Assembly (NCBI GenBank): GCA_036822555.1
Contig: DAISHL010000001.1
Span: forward strand, 1 to 39,149
DNA: 39,149 bases
Source of the DNA: Bacteroidota bacterium
GTDB lineage: Bacteria; Bacteroidota; Bacteroidia; B-17B0; Aurantibacillaceae
Direction: 5' to 3'
Every line of letters starts with the position of its first letter. Within the stretch, counting starts at the first letter, position 1. This document shows, one piece after another, positions 28,407-38,746 of the stretch. Both the position numbers and the translations under genes were made by a program. The notes under the pieces were generated by a model. That model made no database searches. It had not been told where the DNA came from and worked only from the letters and a program-made list of their open reading frames with translations.

Positions 28407-31400
28407 TTAATTTAATTTTTCAATTGAGATCATTGTAGAAATAGATTCATCAACCTCCACCATACTGGCTCCTTCAGTGGTTAAAGAGCCTACCAATTCT
28501 AAATTGCCAGTAAGGGTCTCTGAACAAATATAACTTTAATTATTCTGAATTGCCGTATCCAAATTGTTATTTTGTTGTATTCTCACTAAAATTTTATCTG
28601 TTACGTCAAAACCCTTGTCTTTTCTCATATTCTGGATGCGGTTCACCAATTCGCGGGCCAGTCCTTCTTCACGCAATTCAGGTGTGATGGTCACATCCAG
28701 TGCAACGGTAATGGCCCCGCTGTTCGCTACTTTCCAGCCCGGTATGTCCACCGGAATGATCTCCACGTCTTCATTTTCTAAAACGATCTCAGTTCCATTC
28801 AGAACGATCAGATGTTTTCCATGACGCTCGATATCGCTGATGATCTTTGCACCGTTTTCAGCAGCAAACGCCTGAACGGCTTTCATGTGTGCACCACATT
28901 TTTTGCCCAAGGTCTTAAAATTCAACTTCAGATTTTTTACGATCTGTGTCTTGCTTATATCTACAAACTCTATTTCCTTCACGTTCACCTCGGCAAGTAT
29001 AAGCGATTTTACTGCATCGATCTTTTGCTGAACATCTTTATCCAACACAGGTATCTGTATTTTTTGCAAAGGCTGACGCACCTTGATGTTCTCTTTCTTG
29101 CGGATCGATAAGATCATGGAAGAGATCTTCTGTGCCAGCTCCATGCGCGATTCAAGAGCAGTATCAATGGCTGATGCGTTGGCCTTTACAAATTCAGTTA
29201 AGTGAACCGATTCGTAAGAAAGCGCTTTAAAGGTAGATGAAGACCCTTTTACCGGTGTGCTCAGGTTCTGATATAACCACTCACCAAAGAATGGAGCAAT
29301 AGGGCTCATCAACTGTGAGATCACAAAAAGGCATTCATGCAAAGTCTCATATGCAGCTTGTTTATCGGCACTCATTTCTCCTTTCCAGAAGCGGCGACGA
29401 CTTAAGCGAACATACCAGGTGCTTAAATGTTCGTCAACGAATTCTTCAATGCTTCTGGCGGCGCGGTGCGGTTCAAATGCCTCATACTGTTCGGTAACAT
29501 CCTTTATGAGACTGTTGAGTTTTGAAAGGATCCATCTGTCCAATTCCTGACGATCCTGCAATGCAATTTTCTTGCTTTCATCTACTGTAAAGCCATCTAC
29601 GTTGGCATACAAAGCATAGAATCCATACGTGTTGTAAAGAGTGCCAAATAATTGGCGCTGAACCTCACTGATGCCATCCACGTCGAATTTTAAATTGTCC
29701 CATGGTGCAGCATTTGCGATCATATACCAGCGTGTAGCATCAGCGCCGTATTTGTCAATGGTCTCAAACGGGTCAATGGCATTGCCCAAACGCTTGCTCA
29801 TTTTGTTCCCGTTCTTATCAAGCACCAGACCATTGGATACAACATTCTTATATGCCACAGAATCAAAATTCATGACGGCAATGGCATGCAAGGTGTAGAA
29901 CCAACCGCGTGTTTGATCAACACCTTCTGCAATGAAATCTGCAGGATAATATTTCTTTTGATCGATCAGTTCTTTATTCTCAAACGGATAATGCACCTGC
30001 GCGTAAGGCATGGCCCCGCTATCAAACCAAACATCAATGAGATCAGGTTCTCTGAAAAGTTTTTTGCCGTTCTTCTCAAGTACAATGGTATCAGCGTATG
30101 GCTTGTGAAGATCAAACGTGTTGTAATTCTCTGCACTCATATCGCCGGCTTTGAAATCGGCCATAGGATTTTCTGACATTACGCCTTTAGCAATGGCATT
30201 GGCAATTTCTTTTTGCAATTCTTCGGCAGAGCCAATGCAAATTTGTTCGCTTCTATCTTCGCTTGTCCAGATAGGAATAGGGATACCCCAGAATCTTGAA
30301 CGTGACAAGTTCCAGTCGTTCAAATTCTCGAGCCAATTTCCAAAACGTCCTGTGCCTGTAGCTTCTGGTTTCCAATTGATGGTCTTGTTCAGTTCCATCA
30401 TGCGTTCTTTGGCTGCAGTGGCCTTAATGAACCATGAATCGAGCGGGTAATATAACACAGGCTTATCTGTTCGCCAGCAATGAGGATAGCTATGCTCGTA
30501 AGTTTCTTTCTTAAAGAGTTTGCCTTCTTCCTGTAGTTTTAATACAATACGCTCATCAACACTCAGGTAAACCTTAAGATCCTTGATCTTCCCATTGGCC
30601 TCAAGTATTTTCTTTTGATGTTCAAACTCAGCTTTCTTTTCTTCATCGGTTAGGTAGGCCTCTTTCACATACTCTTCACCATAAAGGAAAATTCCATCCT
30701 TTACTTCAGGTAAAAATTTTCCTCGTTTGTCAACCAGGGTTAGTCCACCAATCCCATTTTGTTTGGCAACCCTGAAGTCATCAGCACCAAAGCTTGGCGC
30801 AATGTGCACTATACCGGTTCCATCAGTGGTGGTCACAAAATCACCAACGATCACTTTGAAAGCATCACCTTCAGGTTTTACGAAAGGCAACAGTTGTTCG
30901 TAGCGAATGCCAGCAAGATCGGAGCCTTTGAAATGAGCAATGATCCTGAACGGAATATTTTTATCACCTGGTTTATACTCATCAAATGAAAGCTCAGCAT
31001 TTTTTTCTGAGAAGTATTTGTTCACAAGGTCTTTTGCCAAGATCACATTTTGTGGTTTTCCGGTGAACGGGTTGAAGCTGTGTACTACAACATAATCAAT
31101 ATCCTTACCCACTGCAAGTGCAGTATTGGAAGGAAGGGTCCATGGAGTAGTTGTCCAGGCTAAAAAATATAGTGTGTCAGAATTAGGGATCTGCAATTTG
31201 TGTTCAGAAACTTTGAATTGAACTGTAGCTGTTCTGTCTTTTACATCTCTGTAACATCCTGGCTGATTCAATTCATGTGAGCTTAAACCTGTTCCTGCTG
31301 CAGGTGAGTATGGCTGAATGGTGTAGCCTTTGTAAAGCATCTCTTTTTTATAAAGATTCTGCAATAACCACCACACACTCTCAATGTATTTGTTATCGTA

Positions 31401-31868
31401 AGTGATGTATGGATCGCCCATATCCACCCAATACCCCATTTTATTGGTAAGCTCTTCCCATTTATCTGTGTACTTCATTACCTCCTTGCGGCAGGCTTTA
31501 TTGTAATCTTCAACAGAGATGTATTTTGCACTTTGTTTGTTTCCGATATCTTCTTTGGTAATGCCCAAACTTTTTTCTACACCAAGCTCAATAGGCAATC
31601 CATGCGTGTCCCAGCCGGCCTTACGTTTCACCTGAAATCCCTGCAGGGTTTTAAAACGACAAAAAATATCCTTGATACTTCTTGCCATCACGTGATGAAT
31701 GCCGGGCATACCGTTGGCGCTTGGAGGACCTTCATAGAACACCCAGGGTGTTTTTCCTTCGCGCGAAGTAACAGACTTTTCGAATGTATGGTTCTCGTTC
31801 CAAAAGCGCAATACATCTTTACTGATCTGCGGTAAATTAAGTTGCTTATATTCAGGATATTTCTTCAT
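28407..31868 (-). CDS. ileS: Isoleucyl-tRNA synthetase type 2, with in-frame TAA at 28536-28538
   Basis: FYEGPPSANG, GWDTHGLP, WTTTPWT, DWNLSRSRFWG, EGVDQTRGWF, KMSKR. The frame continues past the stop as SYICSETL...IEKLN* to 28407. Confidence 0.95.
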
Positions 31869-31961
31869 TATAGCTGTTTAAAAAAGAGTCCCGAATTTAA
31901 GAAATTTTTTAAGACAAAAAATACATTTTTAGGGCCATAAAAGGGTTCAAAATGAGAAGGT

Positions 31962-32006
31962 ATGACCATTGTCATGGCGCTGTTTTGGCAATATTTGGTA
32001 ATTTTG
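31962..32006 (+). promoter_or_regulatory. Palindrome ATGACCATTGTCAT plus -7 element TAATTTTG upstream of the DUF983 gene
   Basis: 14-bp near-perfect inverted repeat at 31962-31975; TAnnTTTG at 31999-32006. Confidence 0.55.
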
Positions 32007-32016
32007 GACATTGTAT

Positions 32017-32412
32017 ATGAAATTTTTCAAGGCACTCTATTCTATTTTTAATAATAAATGTCCTCGTTGCCACAAAGGCGATGTATTTAAACACAAGAAT
32101 CCGTATGATCTAGGCAATTTGTTCAACATGCATGCCACATGCAACCATTGCGGATTGCTTTATGAGAAGGAGACCGGTTTTTTCTATGGTGCCATGTATG
32201 CCAGTTATGGCTTGTCTGTAGGCTGGTTCATTGTATGGTACGTGATCCAAAATTTCTTTCTGAATCTTGATACGCTGGAGTTTGCCATTGGCCTTGTCAT
32301 CAGCATCATCGTGATGAGCCCTTTGAGTCTTCGATGGTCGCGTTTGATATGGCTTAATATCTTTTACAGTTACGATAAAAAGCTTGCCGATGCAGATCCG
32401 GTAAAGCATTAA
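32017..32412 (+). CDS. DUF983 family protein
   Basis: KCPRCHKG, CNHCG, ETGFFYGAMYASY, two TM helices, RWSRLIW. ATG 32017 preferred as start. Confidence 0.82.
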   Translation: MKFFKALYSIFNNKCPRCHKGDVFKHKNPYDLGNLFNMHATCNHCGLLYEKETGFFYGAMYASYGLSVGWFIVWYVIQNFFLNLDTLEFAIGLVISIIVMSPLSLRWSRLIWLNIFYSYDKKLADADPVKH

Positions 32413-32422
32413 ATAGTATAAC

Positions 32423-32673
32423 ATGAGAACACTTCGATCATTTTGGTTTGTATTTACGTTCGTACTGTTTGTCTTGAATACCAAGGCGCAAACAGTGTAT
32501 GTAAGTGAGATAGGAAAAAATTTCACAAGAAGAACTGCGACCTTGTAAAAACCGGCAAAAAGGGTATTGAGCTTAAAGAGGCCAAGAAACAAGGCTTGGA
32601 GGCATGCAAGCATTGCAAGCCGGAAGAGGCGGTTGAACCAAAGAAAGAGAAGGCACCTGCTAAATCGAAATGA
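32423..32673 (+). pseudogene. Small exported His/Cys metal-binding protein, frameshifted in the A-run 32515-32520; absent from the ORF track
   Basis: MRTLRSFWFVFTFVLFVLNTKAQTVYVSEIGK, then in the -1 frame KFHKKNCDLV...LKEAKKQGLEACKHCKP...*. Pattern VY..GKK.H...C...EA...G...CxxC.P. Confidence 0.72.
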
Positions 32674-32694
32674 TTATTTACCTACCTTTGAGGT

Positions 32695-33684
32695 GTGGTA
32701 AAAATTGGCCCCATAGAACTTCCTGATTTTCCTTTGTTGCTTGCTCCTATGGAGGATGTAAGTGACCCGCCGTTTCGTTATGTATGCAAGCAGTACGGTG
32801 CCGACCTTATGTATACTGAATTCATCAGTAGTGAAGGGCTAATCAGGGATGCCATCAAAAGCCGCATGAAGCTGGACATCTTCGACTATGAGCGACCAAT
32901 AGGCATTCAGATCTTTGGAGGAGATGAAGAGGCCATGGCATTGAGCGCTAAAATTGTGGATGCCACCAATCCTGACCTTGTGGATATTAATTTTGGATGT
33001 CCCGTGAAAAAGGTGGTGTGCAAAGGTGCAGGAGCAGGTGTGCTAAAGGACATTGACCTGATGGCGCGTTTAACAAAGGCCGTGGTAAAAAGCACAAACT
33101 TACCTGTGACCGTGAAAACACGATTGGGCTGGGACGAAAGCAGCATCAACATTATGGAAGTTGCCGAACGCTTACAGGACGTGGGGATTCAGGCACTGAC
33201 CATTCACGGACGAACACGTGCCCAGATGTACAAAGGACATTCGAACTGGCGCTATATTGCGGAAGTGAAGAACAACCAAAGGATCAAGATACCGATCTTT
33301 GGCAATGGAGATATAGATAGTCCGGAAAAAGCGCTGGAATACAAGAACACCTATGGTGTTGATGGAATTATGATAGGAAGGGCGGCCATCGGGTATCCAT
33401 GGATCTTCAACGAAATAAAACATTTTATGAGTACGGGTGGTCATTTGTCTAAGCCTACCATGGCCAATAGAGTAGAGGTATGCAGGACACATTTACAGAA
33501 GTCTGTGGAATGGAAAGGAGAGAAGCTTGGTATTTTAGAGATGCGCAACCATTACGCGAATTATTTTAAAGGAGTTCCAAATTTTAAAGAAACGCGAACA
33601 AAGCTTGTCACACTTCCTTCGTTCAATGATGTGAATGAGGTATTACAAAGCGTTCTAGAACGCCCGGAATTCATGGAAGTTTAA
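32695..33684 (+). CDS. dusB: tRNA-dihydrouridine synthase B
   Basis: LLLAPMEDVSD, DINFGCP, VTVKTRLGW, TIHGRTRAQ, GNGDI, GIMIGRAA. Confidence 0.93.
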   Translation: MVKIGPIELPDFPLLLAPMEDVSDPPFRYVCKQYGADLMYTEFISSEGLIRDAIKSRMKLDIFDYERPIGIQIFGGDEEAMALSAKIVDATNPDLVDINFGCPVKKVVCKGAGAGVLKDIDLMARLTKAVVKSTNLPVTVKTRLGWDESSINIMEVAERLQDVGIQALTIHGRTRAQMYKGHSNWRYIAEVKNNQRIKIPIFGNGDIDSPEKALEYKNTYGVDGIMIGRAAIGYPWIFNEIKHFMSTGGHLSKPTMANRVEVCRTHLQKSVEWKGEKLGILEMRNHYANYFKGVPNFKETRTKLVTLPSFNDVNEVLQSVLERPEFMEV

Positions 33685-36600
33685 ATCCAATAACCATTCG
33701 GTCGTCGGTTTGAGACACCTCTCCTTGCCAATCAGTGACAAATCGTTTCAAATAATTTCTTTGACCGTTCATTTCCAGTTTACTGGCATTTACCAACACC
33801 TTTTTGAATGTTTTGGATGTAAGTTTTTTGTATTGTGGTCCGCCAAATTGGTCTTTGTAACCGTCGCTGTATAGATAATAGGTGGCATTTGCGTCGTAAG
33901 GTATTTCAACGGAACTAAACTCAACATCGTCAGACTCACCGATGGTTTCGCGTTGTGCTGCAAATTCGGAAAGTTGACCATTCAAGATCATTGCACCGTT
34001 ATTTCTTGCACCACTAAAGAACATTCGTTTGTCATTTAAATTGATGGTGACAAGAGAAACATCCATGCCATCTTTAGGAGAATGCTCGTCTACATGAGCA
34101 TTTAATTGTGCATAGAACAAATGATTCAATCGAGTAAGAATGTTCCCGGGCTAATAAATATTTTCTTCATACACGATCTTGTTCAGCAAGGTTGTACCAA
34201 CTACGCTTAGCATTGCCCCCGGCACACCATGTCCTGTACAATCGGCAGCTACAATAATAAGATAGCCGTTTTCCTTTCCAATAAAGAAAAAGTCGCCACT
34301 AACCTTTGCTTTTGGCTGAAAATAAATAAAGCTTTCAAATAAGGTGTTCACCAAAACCTGTTCACCTACAAGAAGTGTTCGTTGGATCTTTTGCGCATAA
34401 GTGATACTGTCTAAAAGCTCGGTGTTTGCACGTACAAGTTGAAGTTGTTTATGGCGGATCTCTTCGGTGCGTTGATCAAAGGTTTTCTCCAGAATCTTCA
34501 GAATCTCAATATTCCGTTTATAGCGGACATGAAAAATTGCAGCGATGATCATCAACACCACCAATCCGAGAAGGATATAGAAGGTATTGGATCTGTAGAA
34601 CGGTGGAACGATCTTTATTTTTATTCTCACAGGGTCTGTATTCCAGGTATTGTCGCTATTGGCGCCAATGACCAGAAACTCATATTCCCCCACTTTTAAT
34701 TCATTGAATGAAACAGTATGATCATTTAAGTTATTTTTCCATTCCTTTTGAGCAGGAAGCAGTTTATACCTGTAGGAGTTCTTCTCAGGCAAATTAAAAT
34801 CAAGTACTGTAAAGTTGATCTTAAAGGAGTTCTTACTTTCAGGTATCTCTATGGTTTTGCCATTGAGATTGCTAATGATCTCCAGGTCATTTCCAATTCC
34901 AATCACGCTGGTGATATCGAGCTTTGGAATGGAGAAATGCGTAGAATGCATTCCGGGATTCATGATCACCATGCCATTAGCCGTTGCCAGATACAAATAA
35001 CCTTCAAAGTAGTCAATGCTTTTGATAATATTCGAAGGCAAACCATCCAGTACAGAATATTCCATGATCTCCTTTGAATTAGGAAAATACCTGTACAGGC
35101 CAACGTTGGTGCCGATCCAGATATTATTCTTTACTTTTTTAATGCAATTGATCTCATTAAAGAAATCATTCTTTGCGTTACGGATGATCTCATAGGTATT
35201 GGTTTTAATGTCAAAATTAAGCAGACCCAGATAAGAGCTTCCTAAGAGTAAGTGATCGTTGTCTAGTGCCTCAACGGCAATGATGTTCCCTGCGTCCTGA
35301 ATGGTAATGATCTTTGAGGAAGCACCATTGATCTTTAAAAGTGAACTTTGAGATGTGAAGTAAGTACCTGAAGGCATTGATATTCCTGAGAAGAAGAAAT
35401 TAGTAGAGTTGGCAGGTTTCTCAATGAATTCAAAAGTTTCAGTGTTTTTGTTGAATTTTACTATTTGTGCAGAACTCCCGATCCATAAAACATCTTTATT
35501 ATGATAATCGTCAAACACCTCCGTAAAGTGGTGTTGCTGCTTAAAAAAGTAATGCTTGATAGATGCCCCATTCTCTTTCAGATCAATACGTTCAAAATTA
35601 TATTGTCCGGAAGCATAAATAACACCTTCATTTGTTTCATGGAATTTTTGTACAAATCGATCCTCCATGCGGCCTTCACTTCTCATGCCAAAATGAATGC
35701 TTGCTGATTTTTTCTGCAATTTGTCATATATCGCAATACCATCACCATCAATGCTTACAAGCACCTTATTCTTATGCACTCTGCTTTGCCACACACTCAT
35801 GAGCTGGTTAGAACTAAAAGTGTTGTCATCCAATTCGGCATTTCTTTTGATGACCTCAAAGTTGGCACGTTTTGAGGATTGTTTTTGCAGACCCACGTCA
35901 GTTCCGAACCAGGCCACATCATTCTCGTCTTTGTAAAAGGCCCATACTTTGTTGCTTAACAGAGATCTGGCGTTGTCTGCTTCATTTTTTATGACTATAA
36001 ATTCTTTTTTATCAATATCGAATACAGTAACACCAAAGCTCCAGAACCCTTGATAAATATAGTTGTCATTGCTGTGAAAGTAACTGGTGTTCGACAGAAA
36101 GCTATTCGGGGCCTTATAGAATGTTTGTTTAAATGTATTGGGATCGATGTTAACCAATCCATCATCCACCGCCACCCAAATGCTGGCACGATAATCCTCA
36201 GATATTCCAACGTGGCCGGAAGAACCATATTCTGACACAACAAACTCATGAACAAGATTTCCTTGTGTGCTGAGCTTATATGCTCTGAATTTTATCTCTG
36301 ACTCCGAAAATTTTTTTGTACCAAACCATACATCTCCATTTCTGTCAACACACATGCTCTGGATATGTATTCCATCGAGCAATGCCTTAGAGCCGATCAA
36401 ATAGGGTGTTAGCTTGTTGTTTTTACGATCATAGAGCATCACGCCGGACGATGTGCCCGCTATAATTTGTCCGTCCTTTAATTGCGCGAAACAATTTACG
36501 GCCTTCTTCTTTTTAATGTCAGGAAGGGTACTATCAATTTTGGTACGTTTGAAGTGGTTTTTTTCGAACGAATAGACGCACAAACCGCCTGAAGTTCCAA

Positions 36601-36889
36601 TCAGGAGTTCTTCATCAAAATACTGTTTGATGCATCTGATCGATGGGTGGATAAGTGAAAGTGAGTCGTTTTTGTAACTTCTATACGCATTGAAATTATA
36701 GCCGGCATAAAAGTTCAGACAATTGGAAGTGGCCACCCATAAAAAGACCTTTTGAAAGCTGCAGATGGGAGTAAAGAACGAGCCAGTCATTTCTGAGGAA
36801 CTAACCTTGTCTAACACTACTGCATTTTGGGAATGCAGTCCCGAAGACAGCCAGAAGAAAAGTAAAAGTATATAAACCTTGAAGTTCAC
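33671..36889 (-). CDS. Beta-propeller/Y_Y_Y membrane sensor with a SpoIIE (PP2C) phosphatase domain, interrupted by TAG 34151-34153
   Basis: Reg_prop-like repeats, Y_Y_Y domain, PPFY plus TM, VSGDF, ADCTGHGVPGA; after the stop in the same frame come DGMD, SDGYKDQFGG and QTDD. Confidence 0.87.
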
Positions 36890-36921
36890 AAGCTTCTAAG
36901 ATAACATAATAATACTGAATG

Positions 36922-36952
36922 AAAAAAGGGGGCCGAATGGAGCCCCCTTTTT
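36922..36952. terminator. Intrinsic terminator
   Basis: A6-GGGGGC-loop-GCCCCC-T5. Confidence 0.8.
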
Positions 36953-36972
36953 ATAGTTCAATAAAGAAGAGA

Positions 36973-38637
36973 TTATTCTAAGATGATCTTCTTAGTTGTT
37001 TTAGCACCATTGCTTTCAACATTTAAGAAGTATACACCTTTTGCTTGATTTGAAAGGTCTAAAGTAACATTTTGAGTGCTGTTTGCTGACTGGCTCAATA
37101 CAACCTTGCCAAGAACATCAACCAAAGTTAAAGTATAAGCATCAACGTTAGCAACTTCAACAGTGATCTTGTTTTTTGTTGGGTTAGGGAACACATTTAA
37201 TGAAGCAACAACTTCAGTGTTATTAGAGATACCAGTACAGTTCTCAATAGTTACCACCTTGTCAGAAGAGCTGGTTGAAGTACCGCTTGTTGCAGTTAAT
37301 GTGATGGTATAGGTTCCTGCGTTAGCAAATGATACTGTTGGAGTAGCTGCAGTAGAGTTTGAAATAGTAGCTGCAGGGAATACTGACCAAGAGAATGCAG
37401 GAGCTGGGTTACCAGTTGAGAAGTTGCTGATAGTTGCAGTTGAAGGAGCACACTCTGAAGTACGAGTAGCAATGAATCCAGCAAACGCGTTGCTTCCTAA
37501 CAAGTTTCCGTTGTATTTGAAGATACCTTCTAAAGAAGAGTTAGCTTGATCGCTGAATGTTCCGGCCCATCCTGTTTGAGGGCTAACGAAATCAACGTTC
37601 AAATACTGGATGTTAGTGCTTCCCCAGTTGGTCCAGGTTACACCGTTGTCAGCTGAATAAGAGATCAATTGGTTACCAGTACCGGCACCAGCAGATGCGT
37701 ATAAACCAGAACCTGGGATGTTGCAAATGTCATTCTTACCTACGTTAGGGTCAATAGTGTTGATTTGAGTCCAAGTTGCACCACCATCAGTTGTGTTATA
37801 CATTTCAAAAGTTGCAGGGTTTGTGCTTGTATTGTAAACGTATGCTACACCGTTGGTAGCACTAGAGAATGCAATATCATTAACACTTAAACTTGCAGTA
37901 GGAGTACCTGGCAACACAGCTACGTTCCAAGTGTTTCCACCATCAGTTGAACGGAAGATACGGCCTTTATTAGTACCCCACCAGAAATTAGATGAACCAA
38001 ATTTTTCATAGATGTTTACCAATCCATATTCGCCTGATGTTGGGTTTGGAATGTTGGCACCCGGTACTTTTGACCATGTGTTACCACCGTTTGTGGTAGT
38101 CCAGATCTCATACTCACCGCCTACAGGATCACCTTGTGTAAAACCAATATTGTTATTGGTGAAGGCTACTACATTACAGAAAGCAGCGCTATTCGTATAC
38201 ATTTGAGTTGCATAAACCTCCTTCCAGGTTGCACCTCCATCTTGTGTTCTGAAAATACCGCCTTTAGACTGTGTTCCTTTATCATAGGCCGCAACCCATG
38301 CGTTGTTTGCATCAATTGCATCAAGATTTGCAATTACATAGCTGCTTGTATCACCAATACCCGGAGTAGTAGCACTAGAAAATACGGGTGCTGACAAGAA
38401 AGTGTTTCCACCATCTATTGAACGTGTGAACCAGCAGTAGTTTCTTCTAGGAGCCATACCGTCGTATCCGATAGCCCATACCACGTTGTTATCAATGGCA
38501 TCTAAAAATCTAACACCTGCTGAAACGATAGGGAAGTTAGAGTTTTGAGTGATAGTCCACGATGGACTAGGAGTTTGTTGTGCGAAGCCTGTCATAGCAG
38601 CTACCGCACCAATAATTGAAAGTAAAGTTTTTTTCAT
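36973..38637 (-). CDS. T9SS type-A cargo: BNR/Asp-box beta-propeller + PKD-like domain + CTD
   Basis: Signal peptide, six S/T.D/NGG.TW/F boxes, FANAGTYTITLTA, VFPNPT...KGVYFL...KIILE. Confidence 0.87.
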   Translation of the reverse strand: MKKTLLSIIGAVAAMTGFAQQTPSPSWTITQNSNFPIVSAGVRFLDAIDNNVVWAIGYDGMAPRRNYCWFTRSIDGGNTFLSAPVFSSATTPGIGDTSSYVIANLDAIDANNAWVAAYDKGTQSKGGIFRTQDGGATWKEVYATQMYTNSAAFCNVVAFTNNNIGFTQGDPVGGEYEIWTTTNGGNTWSKVPGANIPNPTSGEYGLVNIYEKFGSSNFWWGTNKGRIFRSTDGGNTWNVAVLPGTPTASLSVNDIAFSSATNGVAYVYNTSTNPATFEMYNTTDGGATWTQINTIDPNVGKNDICNIPGSGLYASAGAGTGNQLISYSADNGVTWTNWGSTNIQYLNVDFVSPQTGWAGTFSDQANSSLEGIFKYNGNLLGSNAFAGFIATRTSECAPSTATISNFSTGNPAPAFSWSVFPAATISNSTAATPTVSFANAGTYTITLTATSGTSTSSSDKVVTIENCTGISNNTEVVASLNVFPNPTKNKITVEVANVDAYTLTLVDVLGKVVLSQSANSTQNVTLDLSNQAKGVYFLNVESNGAKTTKKIILE

Positions 38638-38746
38638 TTTCTGCGAAATTATTAATGGTTAAAAGTAAGGAATTAATACTAATTAAACAATTTTAAAAGA
38701 AAATGGTTCTTTTAACAAATTAAGTAATTTTGCGCTAAATTTTAGA

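Noticed and set aside
28074..28415. ORF-track + strand Phe/Ala-rich protein
   Set aside because: Antisense shadow of the Lys/Ala repeats of the DksA extension.
32110..32613. 167-aa minus-strand ORF
   Set aside because: Antisense to DUF983 and the small Cys/His gene; no recognisable motifs.
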